DNA of 64,000 bases from Mobula hypostoma (lineage: Eukaryota), in NCBI RefSeq assembly GCF_963921235.1, contig NC_086097.1, positions 222,892,001 to 222,956,000 on the forward strand. The letters run 5' to 3'. Below, in pieces: positions 36,001 through 51,000 of this stretch. The position numbers and the translations under genes were made by a program. Below the pieces are notes generated by a model that saw only the letters and a list, made by a program, of their open reading frames with translations, ran no database searches and had not been told where the DNA came from. The first letter of the stretch is position 1, and each line of letters starts with the position of its first letter.

Positions 36001-39000
36001 GATTGTGCACGGTCCCCTACTTGACAGATAACAGATATTCATCACCGGAGTGGCCGCGCGCACTGTCGTCGCGCCACCATCTTCTCCAGATTGAACTCTA
36101 TCTGCCAGACCAGTGGTCACTTCTGTGTTTTAAGCAAAAGGTAACCTTTCTTTAACAGACACACAGGAAAATACAGATGCTGGAATTTGGAGGAACAAAT
36201 AATCTGTTGGAGGAACTTAGCCAGTTGAGCAGCTGATGGAGAAAGAAATGGTCAACATTTTGGGTTGAAACCCTACATCAACTCAAAGGATCAGCAATTT
36301 CTTTTCTCCCACAGATACCACTAGATTTACTGAGTTACCCCTGTAGATTATTTGTTGGCTGTTCTTAAAGTTTATAGCTATATGTGATTTAATGCTATGA
36401 TTTAATGTGATGAAATTGTTTGAGATCAGCAGGGTCTTTGGATAGTTCTGAAGTGCTCAACCAAGTGTCAATATCCCAGTCCCTTTCCCCTTAATATAAA
36501 ATAAAAGGGGAAAATGTGGGAGGTATTTAATAGGTGTAGAGAGAAATGCAGAGCTGATGTTTCAGCTTGGTGACCATTTATGAGAATTTGTATTAGAACT
36601 TCAATCTCCCCTCTTCTTATCCCTTGTTCTGTTTCTTTCTCATGGAGGAATGAGGAAGGGTGGGGAAACAAAAGTAAGAGATTAACTAGCTGAGCAAGGT
36701 TGGGTGCACAAAATTTCAGCAAACAGACAGGATAAAAGTTTTTCAGGGACTGGGAAATACAACAACTAAAGGGATGTGCTGTAAGCACTTATAATTCTAG
36801 TAGTTTAATGATTATTCCAGAACTACTTCAAGCAGAAGAAACTGGTGTGCATCCCCACCCCAGCCTCTCCCAGTAAATTTGTTACCCCAACCCTCTCCAT
36901 TAACTATTGTCTGTCGTTCTAGCCTTGCCACAGTTTCCAAACATCTTCCAAACATCTTCCACTGTCCATTGTCTTTTCTCAACTCCCAATCCCAAAACTC
37001 AAGACAGGTTTCTGCCCTGAGGCCTGTGCGATTTGTTACAGATTGGGCTTTGCCGCTCTCTTCTATTCACACGTACCAGCTCCAATGTTCTGAATTGCCA
37101 TGTGCCATAAACTTCAGCTGCTGCCTTTTAGGGCTATCTTTCTTCTCTGACAGCCTGCAAGTTTTCTTTTTGACTGATTGTCAGGCAGTGAAAGAGTTTA
37201 ATTATTTTAACATTAAATTCAGCAGTACATCTGCTTTCCACTTTGCTAGGCCTTACTAAGTTTTCAGACGTTGACCCCCACCATATGTTGTCACCAATGT
37301 GCTGCTCTCATTGGTATTCTTCATGTCTTTGATTAAGTCGTGTTTATATTTCACACAGAAACTTCACACTTTAAAAAAAAATTACCTCACCTACAATGAC
37401 AGTGCTTCCCATCCACTCATCTTCCACCATCAAAATGCACAAGGGCTACGAACACCTGCAGATTCCCCTCTCAGTCACACACCATCCTGACTTAGCGATA
37501 TATCACTGGTCCTTCATGTTCACTAAGTTAAAACCTGGAATTTGCTAACTAACAACACTGAGTCTACTTCTAGCTGAAGAACTCCACTACTTTAAAACTA
37601 AAGCTCATCCCCACCTCCTTAAGGGCAGTTAGTAATAAGCAATAAATCAGTCAGCAAGAGCCCCATGCTACGAAGTGAATACATTTTTAAAAATCAGAAA
37701 TATGAATGTATTTCCATATTATTTTTCTAGGCCATGATTTATTTGAAAGCATTGTCACTGCCAGTGTGGGTCTTCAATGGAGATCATCTGACGACGGGCC
37801 AGATTATCAATTACATGTCAGTGGATACTTACCAAATAATGATGGTGGCTTTTTTAGGATTCTATATCATTTCAATTCCAATACAGGTATGTCAAATTTA
37901 TAGAAAGCTAAATAAGCAGATTGATTTTTGTAGGAAAAGTATGACAAGCTGGCCTTTCCTCATTGGGGTTACTAGAATACTAGATCATGCATAAATAATT
38001 TGGAAAAATTGCAGCTGTCTCCCCTTAAACATGCTGGAACCACACACAGGGTAGCAGACACCAACAGAATCAACAAACTCATTCGTAAGGCCAGTGATGT
38101 TGTGGGGATGGAACTGGACTCTCTGACGGTGGTGTCTGAAAAGAGGATGCTGTCCAAGTTGCATGCCATCTTGGACAATGTCTCCCATCCACTACATAAT
38201 GTACTGGTTGGGCACAGGAGTACATTCAGCCAGAGACTCATTCCACCGAGATGCAACACAGAGCGTCATAGGAAGTCATTCCTGTCTGTGGCCATCAAAC
38301 TTTACAACTCCTCCCTTGGAGGGTCAGACACCCTGAGCCAATAGGCTGGTCCTGGACTTATTTCCTGGTATAATTTACATATTACTATTTAACTATTTAT
38401 GGTTTTATTACTATTTAATTATTTATGGTGCAACTGTAATGAAAACCAGTTTCCCCCGGGATCAATAAAATATGACTATGACTACTATGAGGATATGGAC
38501 CATAGAAATAAAATTATTATTGAAGAAATTTTATTTAGAAATATGGCCTTACTTTTATACTATAATAGTTCTGCTAAATCATGTCTAAAACATCTGATTT
38601 AATAATATTTGCAACTGAAATAAAAATAAACCTGTACGTCTGTGCCCTACTAAATGTACTTTCGGAAAGTGCATTTCTGTACTTACAAAAAAATTTTTTT
38701 TTCAAAAAGGAAAGTACCTACAAAAAGATTTGAACCATATTGTGATGCATATTGGGAGTCTGTGGGATTATGTTCCTAGTGACAGATAAACAATCAATTC
38801 AGCTCCATTAGTCATTTACAAGTGGGTTTCCTTTGAAACTCATTTTGTTGTAGTTGCTATGGAAATTGAAATGAGCAATTTTTATTGCGATAAGTAATTT
38901 TTACTGAAAGTAGAACCCATCAATGACCTGTTTTTTTTTGAAAAGGCAATACTCCTCTCTTTAATGATAAGCCTTGCCCACAAATACTTTGACAGTCATC

Positions 39001-42000
39001 AAAGTAAGTCATATATTCATGCATATTAACTGTCAAAATATTTTAAATGTTTTTTCAAAATGGTTTTGAAAACAAAAACACATTAAAAAATCATTATTAT
39101 AAAAACATTGTCAACAGAATTAAAGTAAAACCAATTAGAACATTTTCAAAAATTAAATACATTGAGTTAAATCAGTTTATATCATTATATCAATTTAATA
39201 AGAGTCACTGAAATGTATTAAGGGAGTGCAATGTCTGGGAAGCTGCAGGAACTTGACTTTTCACCATCAAGTGTCAGAATAGAAATGTAATTAGCTAAAT
39301 CTTCCAGGGGAGTTTGAAACATCCACATTCGTGTATACTTATAGGGAGTTCCAAGCTTCCTAACAGTTACATAGGGAATGCCAACAGTTCAGATAGAACT
39401 GCAGACATTTTACTGGAGAAACGTAAGCCTTTTGTTACTAATAACTATCCATCAATTTCTTCACACTTCTCTCATGAAAAGTTGAGAAGTAAAACACTAA
39501 CTACTGATGAGTTCAAGTTAATCTCAATAACTTGAGATTCCCATTTTTAATTGAAAAGCCTCAATTTGCTGAAGCAATCTCAGTGGTAGTGTCTGAAGAT
39601 TATAAAGCATACATTTTGAAACCTTGAATTTTCCTGGAAATTTCCAGAATTGATCAATTTTGTGACAAAATAGCAAACTTTGCATATTTTGTCAGGGGTA
39701 TTGAAGAAAATTAATAAGTAACCAACTGTTGCAAAAAATCCACTAGTATAGAAAGAGCTGAAGTTCTGCAACAACAGTCGAAATATTCAAATGTCACAGG
39801 GAATAATAAAGGGCAATGTTGATCATCCATTAAGTCACCAATATGGTGTTTATTTTTGGCACAGCTAACCACATTCCCCAAATTTGCATATCATTTTTAC
39901 TTTGAATGGTATTATTGTGGGTTTGTCAAAATACTGGAGTTCCCTTACCAATGCTACTTTGGATGTACCATAATCCCATAAACTGCATCAATTCAAGAAG
40001 AATTCTTAGGCCCATCTTTTCAGGGGTAATTGGAGATGGACAATGAATGCTATGACTGCTAACAATCACCAGGTATTTAAAGAAAAAAAGGAGAGGGAAT
40101 TTCAGATTCAGACAAGTTTATTTGTCATATACACGAGTGTATGATGAGATTCCCTTGCTCTCTTGAGCACACGGTATAGATAGTAAATAATAAATACAGC
40201 AAGTATAAATCAACAGAATGGTAGAAAGATGGTGGTGCAATGTGAAGTAGTACAAAAAAAATGCTGAAGTGACAAGAGCAGAATAACTGAGTGATGTAGA
40301 ATTAATCATTCCGAGATTGTTGCGGCACTACTCAGAAGGGGATATGAAAGAGGTGACTTGTTCAGAAGTTAAGTCTTAACAGCACAGAAGAAGCTGTTCT
40401 TGAGTCTAATCATTCAGGCTATCAAACTCTTGCGTCTTCTCCCAGAAGGCAGAAGATAAAAAAGAAGTGGCCAGAATGACAGGCATCGTTGACAATACTA
40501 TTTGCCTTCCTGAAAGAACGCACTGTGAATATGGACTGGATTTTAAAGCCTGTATTTCAATTACAATTGCATAAACCATTTACTATTTATATACTATTTA
40601 ATTAATTTTCTATTTAATGTATTACTTGTATCTTGATTTCAGGTTATACTGACAATTCTGCTACTCTATCTACAACTGGGGTACAGTGCTTTGATAGGAG
40701 TCTCTATCATTATCCTGCTCACCCCTCTGCAGTACTTCATCGCGAAAAAATTTATTTCTATTCAACAAGAAACAATGAAGTGTTCAGATGACAGGATCAA
40801 GAAATCCCATGAAATGCTGCAGAACATAAAGGTAACAACTGCTACTCAAGGTTAATCAAATCCAATTCTGCATTCTTTTTTTAACTTGGAGAAACAATAC
40901 ACATAAAAATATTATCCTGGAGAATTCAATTCACCAATTCTGATGTTAAAAGAATCCGGTTTACTTTACTGTCGTACAAAGATGCCATTTCATTCTGACT
41001 TGAATATTAGCTTAACGGACCACCTGGATCAGTTATTTGAATATGGAATATGTAGTCAGGTTTAAGGTGAGAGGTAGACGTTTGGAAGAGATCTGAAGGG
41101 AACTATTTTGCACAAGAGCTGGTTGGAGTCTGGGAAACATTACTTGAGGAGGTGGTGTAGACAGGGACTCTCAGGACAGTTAAGAAACATGTAGACAAGT
41201 ACTTCAATTGTCAAGGCATAGGAGGCTGTGTACCTAATGTGGATAAATAGGATTACATAGGTGATGGTGGACCCAAGGGCTGCTTCTGTGCAATATGACT
41301 CAGTGACTTTATCACTGTGATTGCAAATAACTTGGATTTTGTTCTGCCGAATTGAGGAGCTTTCCAGCAGCTCTAATACCAAAAATCAATTTAAGACACA
41401 GAGCAGTACGTTTCTTTGAATACTGCTTATTAGGTTACTCCCCCGACAATTTCTCAGTCAAATAATAATATCCTTAATTATTGTGACCATGGTAGCATTC
41501 CCCTCAGTCCCAGTGAGAACTAGATCAAAACTATTCTCTGCAAAACAGTCTAAGAAGCTTAAATCTTCTGAGTCTTGGCTAATCACGTCTGTTCCATGGT
41601 TGAGAGGTTGCGTGGTGGCTGATTTCAAAGAAAATTCAGCTCATGACTTCAAGGCTTTACCTTAATTGAAATTAAATCTGTAGCATAATGCTGCATGGTA
41701 ACGTAGTGGTTAGCAGTACAGGCCACCCAGGTTCAATTCCCACCGCTGCCTGTAAAGAGTTTGTATGTTCTCCCCATGACCTTGTGGGTTTCCTCCAGGT
41801 GCTCCGGTTTCCTCCCACAGTCCAAAGACGTACCAGTTGGTAGGTTAATTGGTCTTTGTAAATTGTCCTGTGATTAGGCTAGGATTAAATCTGGGGATTG
41901 CTGGATGGTGTGGTTTGAAGGGCTGGAAGGGCCTATTCTGCTCTGCATCTCAATTTTTAAAAAATGATTGGATATAGTTATAATGAAGCTTTACTGCTAA

Positions 42001-45000
42001 CGAGAAATCAGTTTGACTTCTCTCATTGCTTTTGGACTTAACGTGCTAAGAAGTCAGTTGCACAACACCTGAAAGCGTGCCGTAAATTGAAAAACGCAAA
42101 CAACAGGAATTCTGCAAATGCTGGAAATTCAGGCAACACACATCAAATTTGCTGGTGAACGCAGCAGGCCAGGCAGCATCTCTAGGAAGAGGTACAGTCG
42201 ACGTTTCAGGCCGAGACCCTTCGTCAGGACTAATTGAAAGAAGATCCGTAAATTGAAAATTGGCTTGAGAGGAATAAAGCAAAATGTGCTCATTTTTACG
42301 GATAAAAAAAATCAGTGATGATATTTAACTCCCAACCCGTCAGTAGTGTATGTGTATCCTAGCACCTTTGTTGGGTGTAATACTCCTCCAAATAGTGTTG
42401 GCCTAGCACCCAGAATTAATCTATATTGGGATCTTCATTCTCGCTTGTTTGGACAATGGCTGTCTTTATTTACTTGTGGACCAGTCAGGTTTACTAACAC
42501 TTTGAAATAATAGTATTTAAAAGGCCATCACTCATTCTTTATTCCCTCACAAAACTCCGACTTCCTTTAACCTCAAATACCACAATATCTGTGCCTTGAC
42601 TGCCATGCCTGTGAAAAGCAGATCGTGGTCGTTCTCAACTTCTTATTCTCAGAATCATTCCAGGCCTCTGCTTCTGATCTCTGCCACATCTGAAGGTTTT
42701 CTGTTCCCTGAGTCATATTGCACAGAAGCAGCCCTCTGGCCCACCATGACCTTTCTAATCCTATTTATCCACTTTAGGTACACAGCCTTCTATGCTTTGA
42801 CAATTGAGGTACTTTTCTACATGTTTTTTAAGTGTCATGAGAGTCCCTGCTTCCACCACCTCCTCATGTTAAAAGGCCTAAAGAGATTAGATATGGCAAA
42901 GTTATTTCCCATGGTAGGGGAGTCTAGGACAAGAGAGCACAACCTCAGGATTGAAAGATGTCCACTTAGAAGAGAGATGTGGAGAAATTACTTTAGTCAG
43001 AGGGTGGTAAATCAGTGGAACTTGTTGCCATAAGCAGCTGTGGAGGCCAAGTCATTGGGTGCATTTAAGGCAGAGCTAGATAGGTTCTTGATTAGCCAGG
43101 GCATCACAGGGTATGGGGAGAAGGCAGGGGAGTGGGGATGACTGGAAGAATTTGGATCAGCCCATGATTGAATGGCGGAGCAGACTCGATGGGCCGAATG
43201 GCAGCCTCCTGCTCCTATACCTTATGGTCTTATGATCTAAGCAAAACTGTTTGCCTGCTTTGCAACCTTCCCCAATGTCCATGCATTCAAAGGTTACATT
43301 CATGTGACTTTAGTATTTGGCAATAAAGATGGAGTTTGGAAGCGGTCAAGCCAGATCTTGCCTTGAATGATAGGGAGTGTGAAATGCCAGAGGTCTGTGA
43401 CAGCTGCCAAAACCTGGCTCCACCATTGGAGGACCATATTGTACAAACAGTATGAATCCTGCAGGCAAACTATTGAGGTCTTTCGGAGAATACTCCCTCA
43501 CTTCTTTTTATTGTAGCATCATTCAGAGGTAAACATCCTCCAGAGATGGAAGAATATACTTGCATTATAGTGTGTCCTTTTAAGAACAAGAGACAATCTG
43601 CAGATGCTGGAAATCCAAGCCACGCACACAGAATGCTGGAGGAACTCAGCAGGCCAGGCAGCATCTCAGTTTTGGTCTCTGTCTGACACATCGACAGTAC
43701 TCTTTTCCATTGTTGCTGCCCAGCCTGCTGAGTTCCTCCAGCGTTTTGTGTGTGTCCCTTTAGGATCTATCTTTGAAAATTGCACCTGCTGAATTATTTG
43801 CATTTAACCTCATATTTGTAAATATCTATTTTGGTATGATCCACAAAGCTATTTTATCACTATTTACAATATATTGGCTTTCGTTCACTAATCGGCAAGA
43901 GATGTAATGTACATGATGCAATGCAATCATCTACTTGGTTCACAGCATCACTTTTCTGTGACCATGTATTCAAGAGGGATTAAAGCAGAATATTATTTAT
44001 TATTTATTCCAGTTTTATTTTAAACGTGTAAAACATCTTGTTGGATCAGAATCTTGTAACTTACACGAAAATTTGGCTGTAGAGATGAAGACTGAAATTT
44101 CCACCTCCAGAGTTTAAAATGCCAGGTGCTTTCATGTTTCCAAGTGTTGTGTTTCAAATTGTGAATGTGTAAAATAAACTAAGGTTTGTTAAAGTAACTC
44201 TCAATAATGATGTCAGTAGCAGAAATTAGCAAGGTACTGGCCAAGTTATCAGAATTGTGAGAAGCTTTGAGAGGTTGGTGTCAAAAGGGTAACCAAATGA
44301 AAGTTTGGCTACAGCAGAAGTCAAGAAAGAGGCAATAAGGAAAACTTAATTGAATCTTGTTACTTAAGGAGAATGTTCACTTGAAACGAAGCTAGAGGAA
44401 GAGATCTTGCAGCAGAAAGATAAATTGGATTGGCATGGTAGAGGTGTCTAGATGTCTAAGATTTTAAAGGGATCCATAAGTTTAAGTTCAAGTTGTACAT
44501 TTTGGCACGAACCCCGTGACGGGAATAAAGGACCAGCAGAGATGGAAAACACTTTGGAGTCCAGTATTGCTATAAACTAATAATATTTATTAGTAACTAC
44601 ACAATACAGTAATATAAATGTAGATAAATCAAACAGGTTAGCAATGATTACATAAAAGTAAGTGTGGAATATATATGTATGAAAAACCAAGCTTCTTTAA
44701 GTCTAGGGGTAAAAAGATACAGTCTTATGATGATGAGTAAAGTTCAGTTCAGTTCGATTTGTGGTATTGAATTGGGTAGTGATGGAGAGAGAGAGAGGGA
44801 GAGATTTGAGTCTTCAGGTGAGCTGACGCCGTCGATCTTCTCGTTGTCCTCCGAAATCCTTTAAAAGTCACCGACTGTGACTTTAACAAAGGGGACCGGT
44901 TTTCTGTGGTGGAGCTATCCCCCAGGCGAGGGTGGACACATGGACAACTCCCCACCAGTCAACCCTTTCCTCTTTTCACTGCAAGAGTGATGGATCGATC

Positions 45001-48000
45001 CGCCTGATCAATCCTCCAAAACCCACTTTCCTGTGGGCACAACAATGCTCATTTAGTGTCCAGAACATGTGCCTGAGGTCTGTCATCTGACCTCCTATTT
45101 TATCTTCCCGTGCTGACCATCAACTGTCATTCAAATAACTCCTCCTTCCTCTCTCTGTGAAGAAATGCACAAGCGGGCGAACTGTCCTTGAAAAGTATCA
45201 AAAGCCTGTCTTCGGTCACCATAGCAACTGTCGAGCTGCTCGGTGCCATCTCTCTCTCCAACTCAGCAGAAATCCAAAAGTTAACCAGTTCTTTCTCGTG
45301 CCTTAAAGTGACAGTCCAACAGTTAGTCTTTGTCTCTCTCTCTCTCTCTTTCAAAACAAGATATCGATGTTAAATAACTCTCTCTCTTTTTTCAAAAGCA
45401 CAGTTAATAGGGGTCATTGAGCACAGTTCATAGGGGTAATTCAGGACCCCGTCACAATGTATATGGTATAAATACTTTTCTTGCTGCAGCAGCACAATCC
45501 AGCACAACCTGGGTCTCAGCCCCAATCTCTGTGGAACCACTTTGGCTATAGCCTCACAACTGGAAAATTACCACTTTATTCATACTATATTTCCATTAAC
45601 CAATACTCATCTTCGGCTTGTATTTACTCCCAATACCAATTCTCTAATTTTATTTGAGTTTCTTGTGTGGGAACTTATTGAAAACCTTCTGAAGCTCCTA
45701 ATATAGGATATAAACTGGTCTGCCCATATCCACCTTGTTTACGACAGCAAAATTCCTCAGGACATGATATCCCATTCATAAATCCAGTACAGTACTGTAT
45801 TTGTCAATGTAGAATGGAGATCGAATTACTAAATCTGGTGGGAGCAAAAGATGTTGGAATGGTGAGGGCGGAGCACTGCGGGAGGGTTGTGGGACAAGTG
45901 GCAGAGAAGAAGTGCCAGGGGCAGGAGTGGCACAGGTGCAGACATACCCAGCCCTGAGACGCCAAGCAAGGTAACCTGATTTCTAACTATTGGTTTATTG
46001 ATCATTACAGAATGTCTCTCTAATGCTTCCTGCTCCATCCCCTCTCCCTTCCCCTTTTCCCAACCATGATCCCACTCTCCCTGCCCCCTTCCCACTTTCA
46101 GTCCACAATAGAGACCATATCAGAATCAGGTTTACCATCAATCGCATGTGTCATGAAATTCATTTTTTTTTCGGCAGCAACATTACAGTGTAATACATAA
46201 AATTACTATAGAAAAGTGCAAAAGTCCTAGGCACCATAGCTATATGTATGTGACCAAGATTTTTGCATAGTACTGTATGTTACCACGTTATTTTCAATCT
46301 TCGATTTTGTGGGAACCATTCTAGAATCTAAGGAATTTCAGAAGGTGACAACCAGACAGTTCGCAGATATCTAACTGCTTTTAGATAGATAATATTTATT
46401 TCTTTGATCTCATTTATTTTGGACCTGGAGCCCTCCATTACTTCCTGAAGATTTCTCCTATATATTTGATTAATTTCCCTGTTATTTCCTTGTTCCTCAA
46501 TAAAATTTTTCTTGTCACAGTCTGTAAGTGTTGCTCATTAGCTTCAGCTAGTCTTTTCTTGTTTGTGCATCTGTAGAGCCTCTTGCAATCTTTTGTTACG
46601 TCTCTTGTTTTTTTTTCCCTTTCTCTTTCCTTATCAATCTGCAGAAGTTTGTTAGAGTGTTCTATAACAACCCAAACCTCTTTAAACTCCTAAGCAAAGA
46701 TGCGGGCACACTTTTCTAATGATTGCATCTATGTGCTTGGGTCCAGGACAGATCATTTGATGTGTTAACACTCAGGAAGTTAAAGTTGCTCACTCTCACC
46801 ACTGTCAGTTTCCCCCTATGTAAATGGGTGCATATCCCCCCTATGTAAACCTTCCTTCCCTGTCCTGAAATCAACAGTCAGATCTTTAGTTTTGCCTTCT
46901 TTGAGCTAGAGTTTGGTGTTGTGGCACTGCTCAACTCAATGTCCTATCTGGCTCTAGTATGCTAACTCGTCACCACCTGTGATTTGTCCAACAATTGCAG
47001 TGTCACTGGTGAACTTGAAGGTAACATTGGAGCTGCGCTTAGCCACACAGTCATGTGTTTATAGAGAGTAGGGCAGGGTCCAAGCACGCAACCTTGAGGT
47101 GTACCTGTGATGATGACCAAGGAGGAAATATTGTTACCAATCCTCACTAACTGAGGTCTGCCCATAAGGAATTCAAGTATCCAGTTGCAGAGAGGTGCAA
47201 AGGCCTGGGTACAGAAGCTAGATGATGAATTTGGATGGGATGATTATGTTGAATGCTAATCTGTAGTTGATGAGCAGCAGTTTGACGTATGAGTTCCTGT
47301 TGTCCAGATGGTCTGGAGCACAGCTAGGTGCTAGAAAAATCGCATCTGCTGTTGACTTGTTGTGGCAATAGGCAAATTGGAGCAGGTCCAGGTCATCTCT
47401 GAGGAAGGAGTTGATTTACACCATAACCAATCTCTCAAAACACTTCATTACCATTTATGTATGTGCTATCAGACGATAACGTTCGGTGCAGGTTACCACA
47501 CTCTTCTTCGGTGCTGGTTCAATAGATGACTCTTTGAAGAAGTGGGAACCTCACACTGCAGAAGCAAGAGTTATTCATACCCCTTCCACTTTCACTGCAA
47601 CATCATCGATTGATGCTGCATTCTTTTTCACTCTCCCAACTTAAACAGACTCTAATATGACAAGCAACACACATCAAAGTTGCTGGTGACCGCAGCAGGC
47701 CAGGCAGCATCTCTAGGAAGAGGTGCAGTCGACGTTTCGGGCTGAGACCCTTCGTTATGACAGCGCTATGGTTAGTTAGCTCATCCATTTTGTAAATTTG
47801 TTTCCCACAGATCAGTATGGTTTCCATCAACTCCCACATACTACAGGTTCATACTTCACCTGCACTGCCTGTCTTAAATTACTTATTTAATTCTCTCACC
47901 TTCAGCTTTATCCCCTATCATCAAAGTCCGTACTCCCCAGACAATGCGCTCATGGGATATCATGCTAAAACATGCTACCCTTTGACAGTATGTCAGACCA

Positions 48001-51000
48001 CATATTTAAAGTTCAAAGATTCAGATCTTTGCATCAGATCTTACTTTAATCAACTGGTTCTATCTGGTTGTCCAATTACTAGTATGAGTTTTTTAATCAC
48101 TGCAGTTTTAAACTGCAAGTGAAGAGGATTTAACAGCAAGGATAAATTTGATACATTTCTATTTCTTTTAAAGCTATAATTGAGACTACTTGCCATGTCT
48201 GCCAGTTAGGTATTAAGGTTAACTCTATTGTGCTTTGTGGAATATGGAGTGTCTAGAATGAACAGCTGGCTTGCTCTTAGCAAATATTTTAATGTAGAGT
48301 GATAGATTACAATTCTTGAGAAATGTGTCTAGTATTTGCATGGCCTCTAGAACAGATGTTATGAGTTTTATTTATTATTCTGTTCCAAATGCAGCCACTC
48401 AAGTTTTATTTTTTTACCCATTGCCCTTGCAGTCAATGCCTTTCTACTAGAACATGTAAGTAAACAGTTCAAAGTAATTAAATTGGTGTTCGTACTGAAT
48501 CTACATTGTAATTATCTTCCAGCTTTTGAAGCTTTACTCTTGGGAGGGGGTCTTTACCAAGGCCATTGAGATGGCAAGGGAGAAGGAGCTGAAATACATG
48601 CTGAAAGGAGCTGTTTACGTCATTGTGACATGTGAGTTATATTTATCAATGATAATTATTGTAAAATTGTGGTAACGTGAATCCAAATCTGCTCAAAATG
48701 TCTCGTTTTACAAAGTTCAAAGTGAATTGATTATCAATGTACATATATATTACAGTACTTATACAGCCCTGAGATTTATTTTCTTGCGGGCATTCACAAG
48801 TAAATACAAGAAACACAATATGAAAATGAAAGACCATATCCAACAGGACAGGCAAACAACCGGTGTGCAAAAGATGACAAACTGTGCCAATACAAAAAGA
48901 AAAAAAATTATTATAATAAATAAGTAATAAATATTGAGGATATGAGATGAAAAGTCCTTGGAAGTGAGTCCATTGGTTATGGGAACAGTTCAGTGATGAG
49001 GTGAGTGAAATTGAGCGGTTATCCCCTCTAGTTCAAGAGCCTGATAGTTGCAGGATAATAACTGTTCCTGAACTTGGGGGTGTGGGTTCTGAGGACCCTG
49101 TACATCCTTCCTGACAGTAGCAGTGAGAAGAGAGCATGGCCCAGGGAGGTGAGGGTCCTTGGTCATGGATGCTGCTTTCCTGCGACAGCGATCAGTGTGG
49201 ATGTGCTCAATGGTGGTGCTGTATCCACTATTTTTTTGTCAAGGGCATTGATGTTTCCTTACCAGCCCATTATGCAACCAGTCAATAGAGTATACTGTTC
49301 ACCACACGTCTATAGAAGCTTATATAAGTTTCAAGTGACATTCTGAATCTTCACAAACCTCTGAGAAAGTAGAGTTGCTGCCGTGCTTTCTTCACAATTG
49401 CACTTACGTGCTGAACCCAGCACTTATCCTCAGAATAAGTTGGATGAACTTGCAGCACTGTTGCAGGTTGGTAGGTATGATGTCGTAGGCACCAATGAAT
49501 CATGATGGAAAGATTACAGCTGGGAGTTTAATGTCCAAGGATACGCATTGTATCGAAAGGGTAGGCAGGAAGGCAGGGGGGTGGCGTTGCTCTGTTGGCA
49601 AAAAAAAAATGAGATCAAGTCATTAGAACGGGGTGTCAAAGGGTCAGAATGTGTTGGATCATTGTGGCTAGAGCTAAGGAACTGCAGGGGTACAAAGACA
49701 CTGATGAAAGTTGTATACAGACCCACAAACAGTAGTAAGGATGCGGCCTACAAATGGGAAGTAGAAAATGCATTCCAAAAGGGCAAAGTTACGATAGTCA
49801 TGGGAGATTGCAGTAGATTGCAATATGCAGGTAGATTGGGAAAATCATGTTGGTGCTAGATTATTGAAGGGGGAATTTCTAGGGTGCCTATAAGGTGGTT
49901 GAGCCCACAAGAAGATCAGCTATTCTGGACTGGGTGTTGTGCAGTCAACCAGAATTGATAAGAGAGCTTAACCCTTAGGGGAAAGTCATCATATATGATC
50001 GAGTTCACCCTGAGACTGAGAAGGAGAAGCCGAAGTCAGATGTATGAGTATTACAGTGGATAAGGGAATTACAGAGGCATGAGAGAGGAGTTGGTTAAAA
50101 TTAATAGGAAAACAACACTGGCAGGAATGATGACAGAGCAACAATGGCTGGAATTTCTGTAAGCAATTTGGAAGGCACAGGATATATACATCCCAAAGAG
50201 GAAGAGGTATTATAAAGGAAGGATCACACAACCGTGCCTAACAACAGAAGTCAAAGTCAACATAAAAGCTAAAGAGAGCGCAGATAATAGAGCAAAAATT
50301 AATGGGAAGGTAGAGGATTGGGATGCTTTAGGAAGGTGAAAATGGAATACGGAAGTAAGCTAGTTAGTAATATTAAAGAGGATACCAAAAGTTTCTTCAG
50401 ACACATCAAGTGTAAAAAAGAAGAGGTGAGTGTGGATATCAGACCACTGGAAAACTATGTTGGAGAGATAGTAGGGGGGACAAGCAAATGGTGGATGTAT
50501 TCTGAACATGTATTTTGTATCAGTCTTCACTGTGGAAGGCATTAACGGTATGGTGGAAGTTCCAGGTATCAGGGGCATGAAGTGTGTGAAGTTACCATAA
50601 CTAGAGAGAAGGTTCTTAAGAAACTGAAGAGTCTGTAGGTAGATAAGTCACCAGTACCAGATGGTATACACCCCAGAGTCCTGAAGGAGGTGGCTGAAGA
50701 AATCACGGAGGCATTAGTAATGATCTTTCAAGATTCGCTAGATTCTGGAATGGTTCCAGAAGACAGGAAAATTGCAAATATCACTCCACTCTTCAAGAAG
50801 GAAGAGAGGCAGAAGGAAAAAAAACTATAGACCAGTTAATCTGACTTCTGAGGTTGGGAAAATGTTGGAGTCAACTATTAAGGTTGAGATCTCAGGGTAC
50901 TTGGAGGCATATGATAAAATAGGCCATAATTGGCATGATTTCCTCAAGGGAAAATCTTGCCTGACAAATCTGTTGGAATTCTTTGAAGAAATAATGAGCA

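Noticed and set aside
41693..41745. tRNA gene
   Set aside because: A and B boxes are present but there is no cloverleaf; it is the head of a V-SINE.
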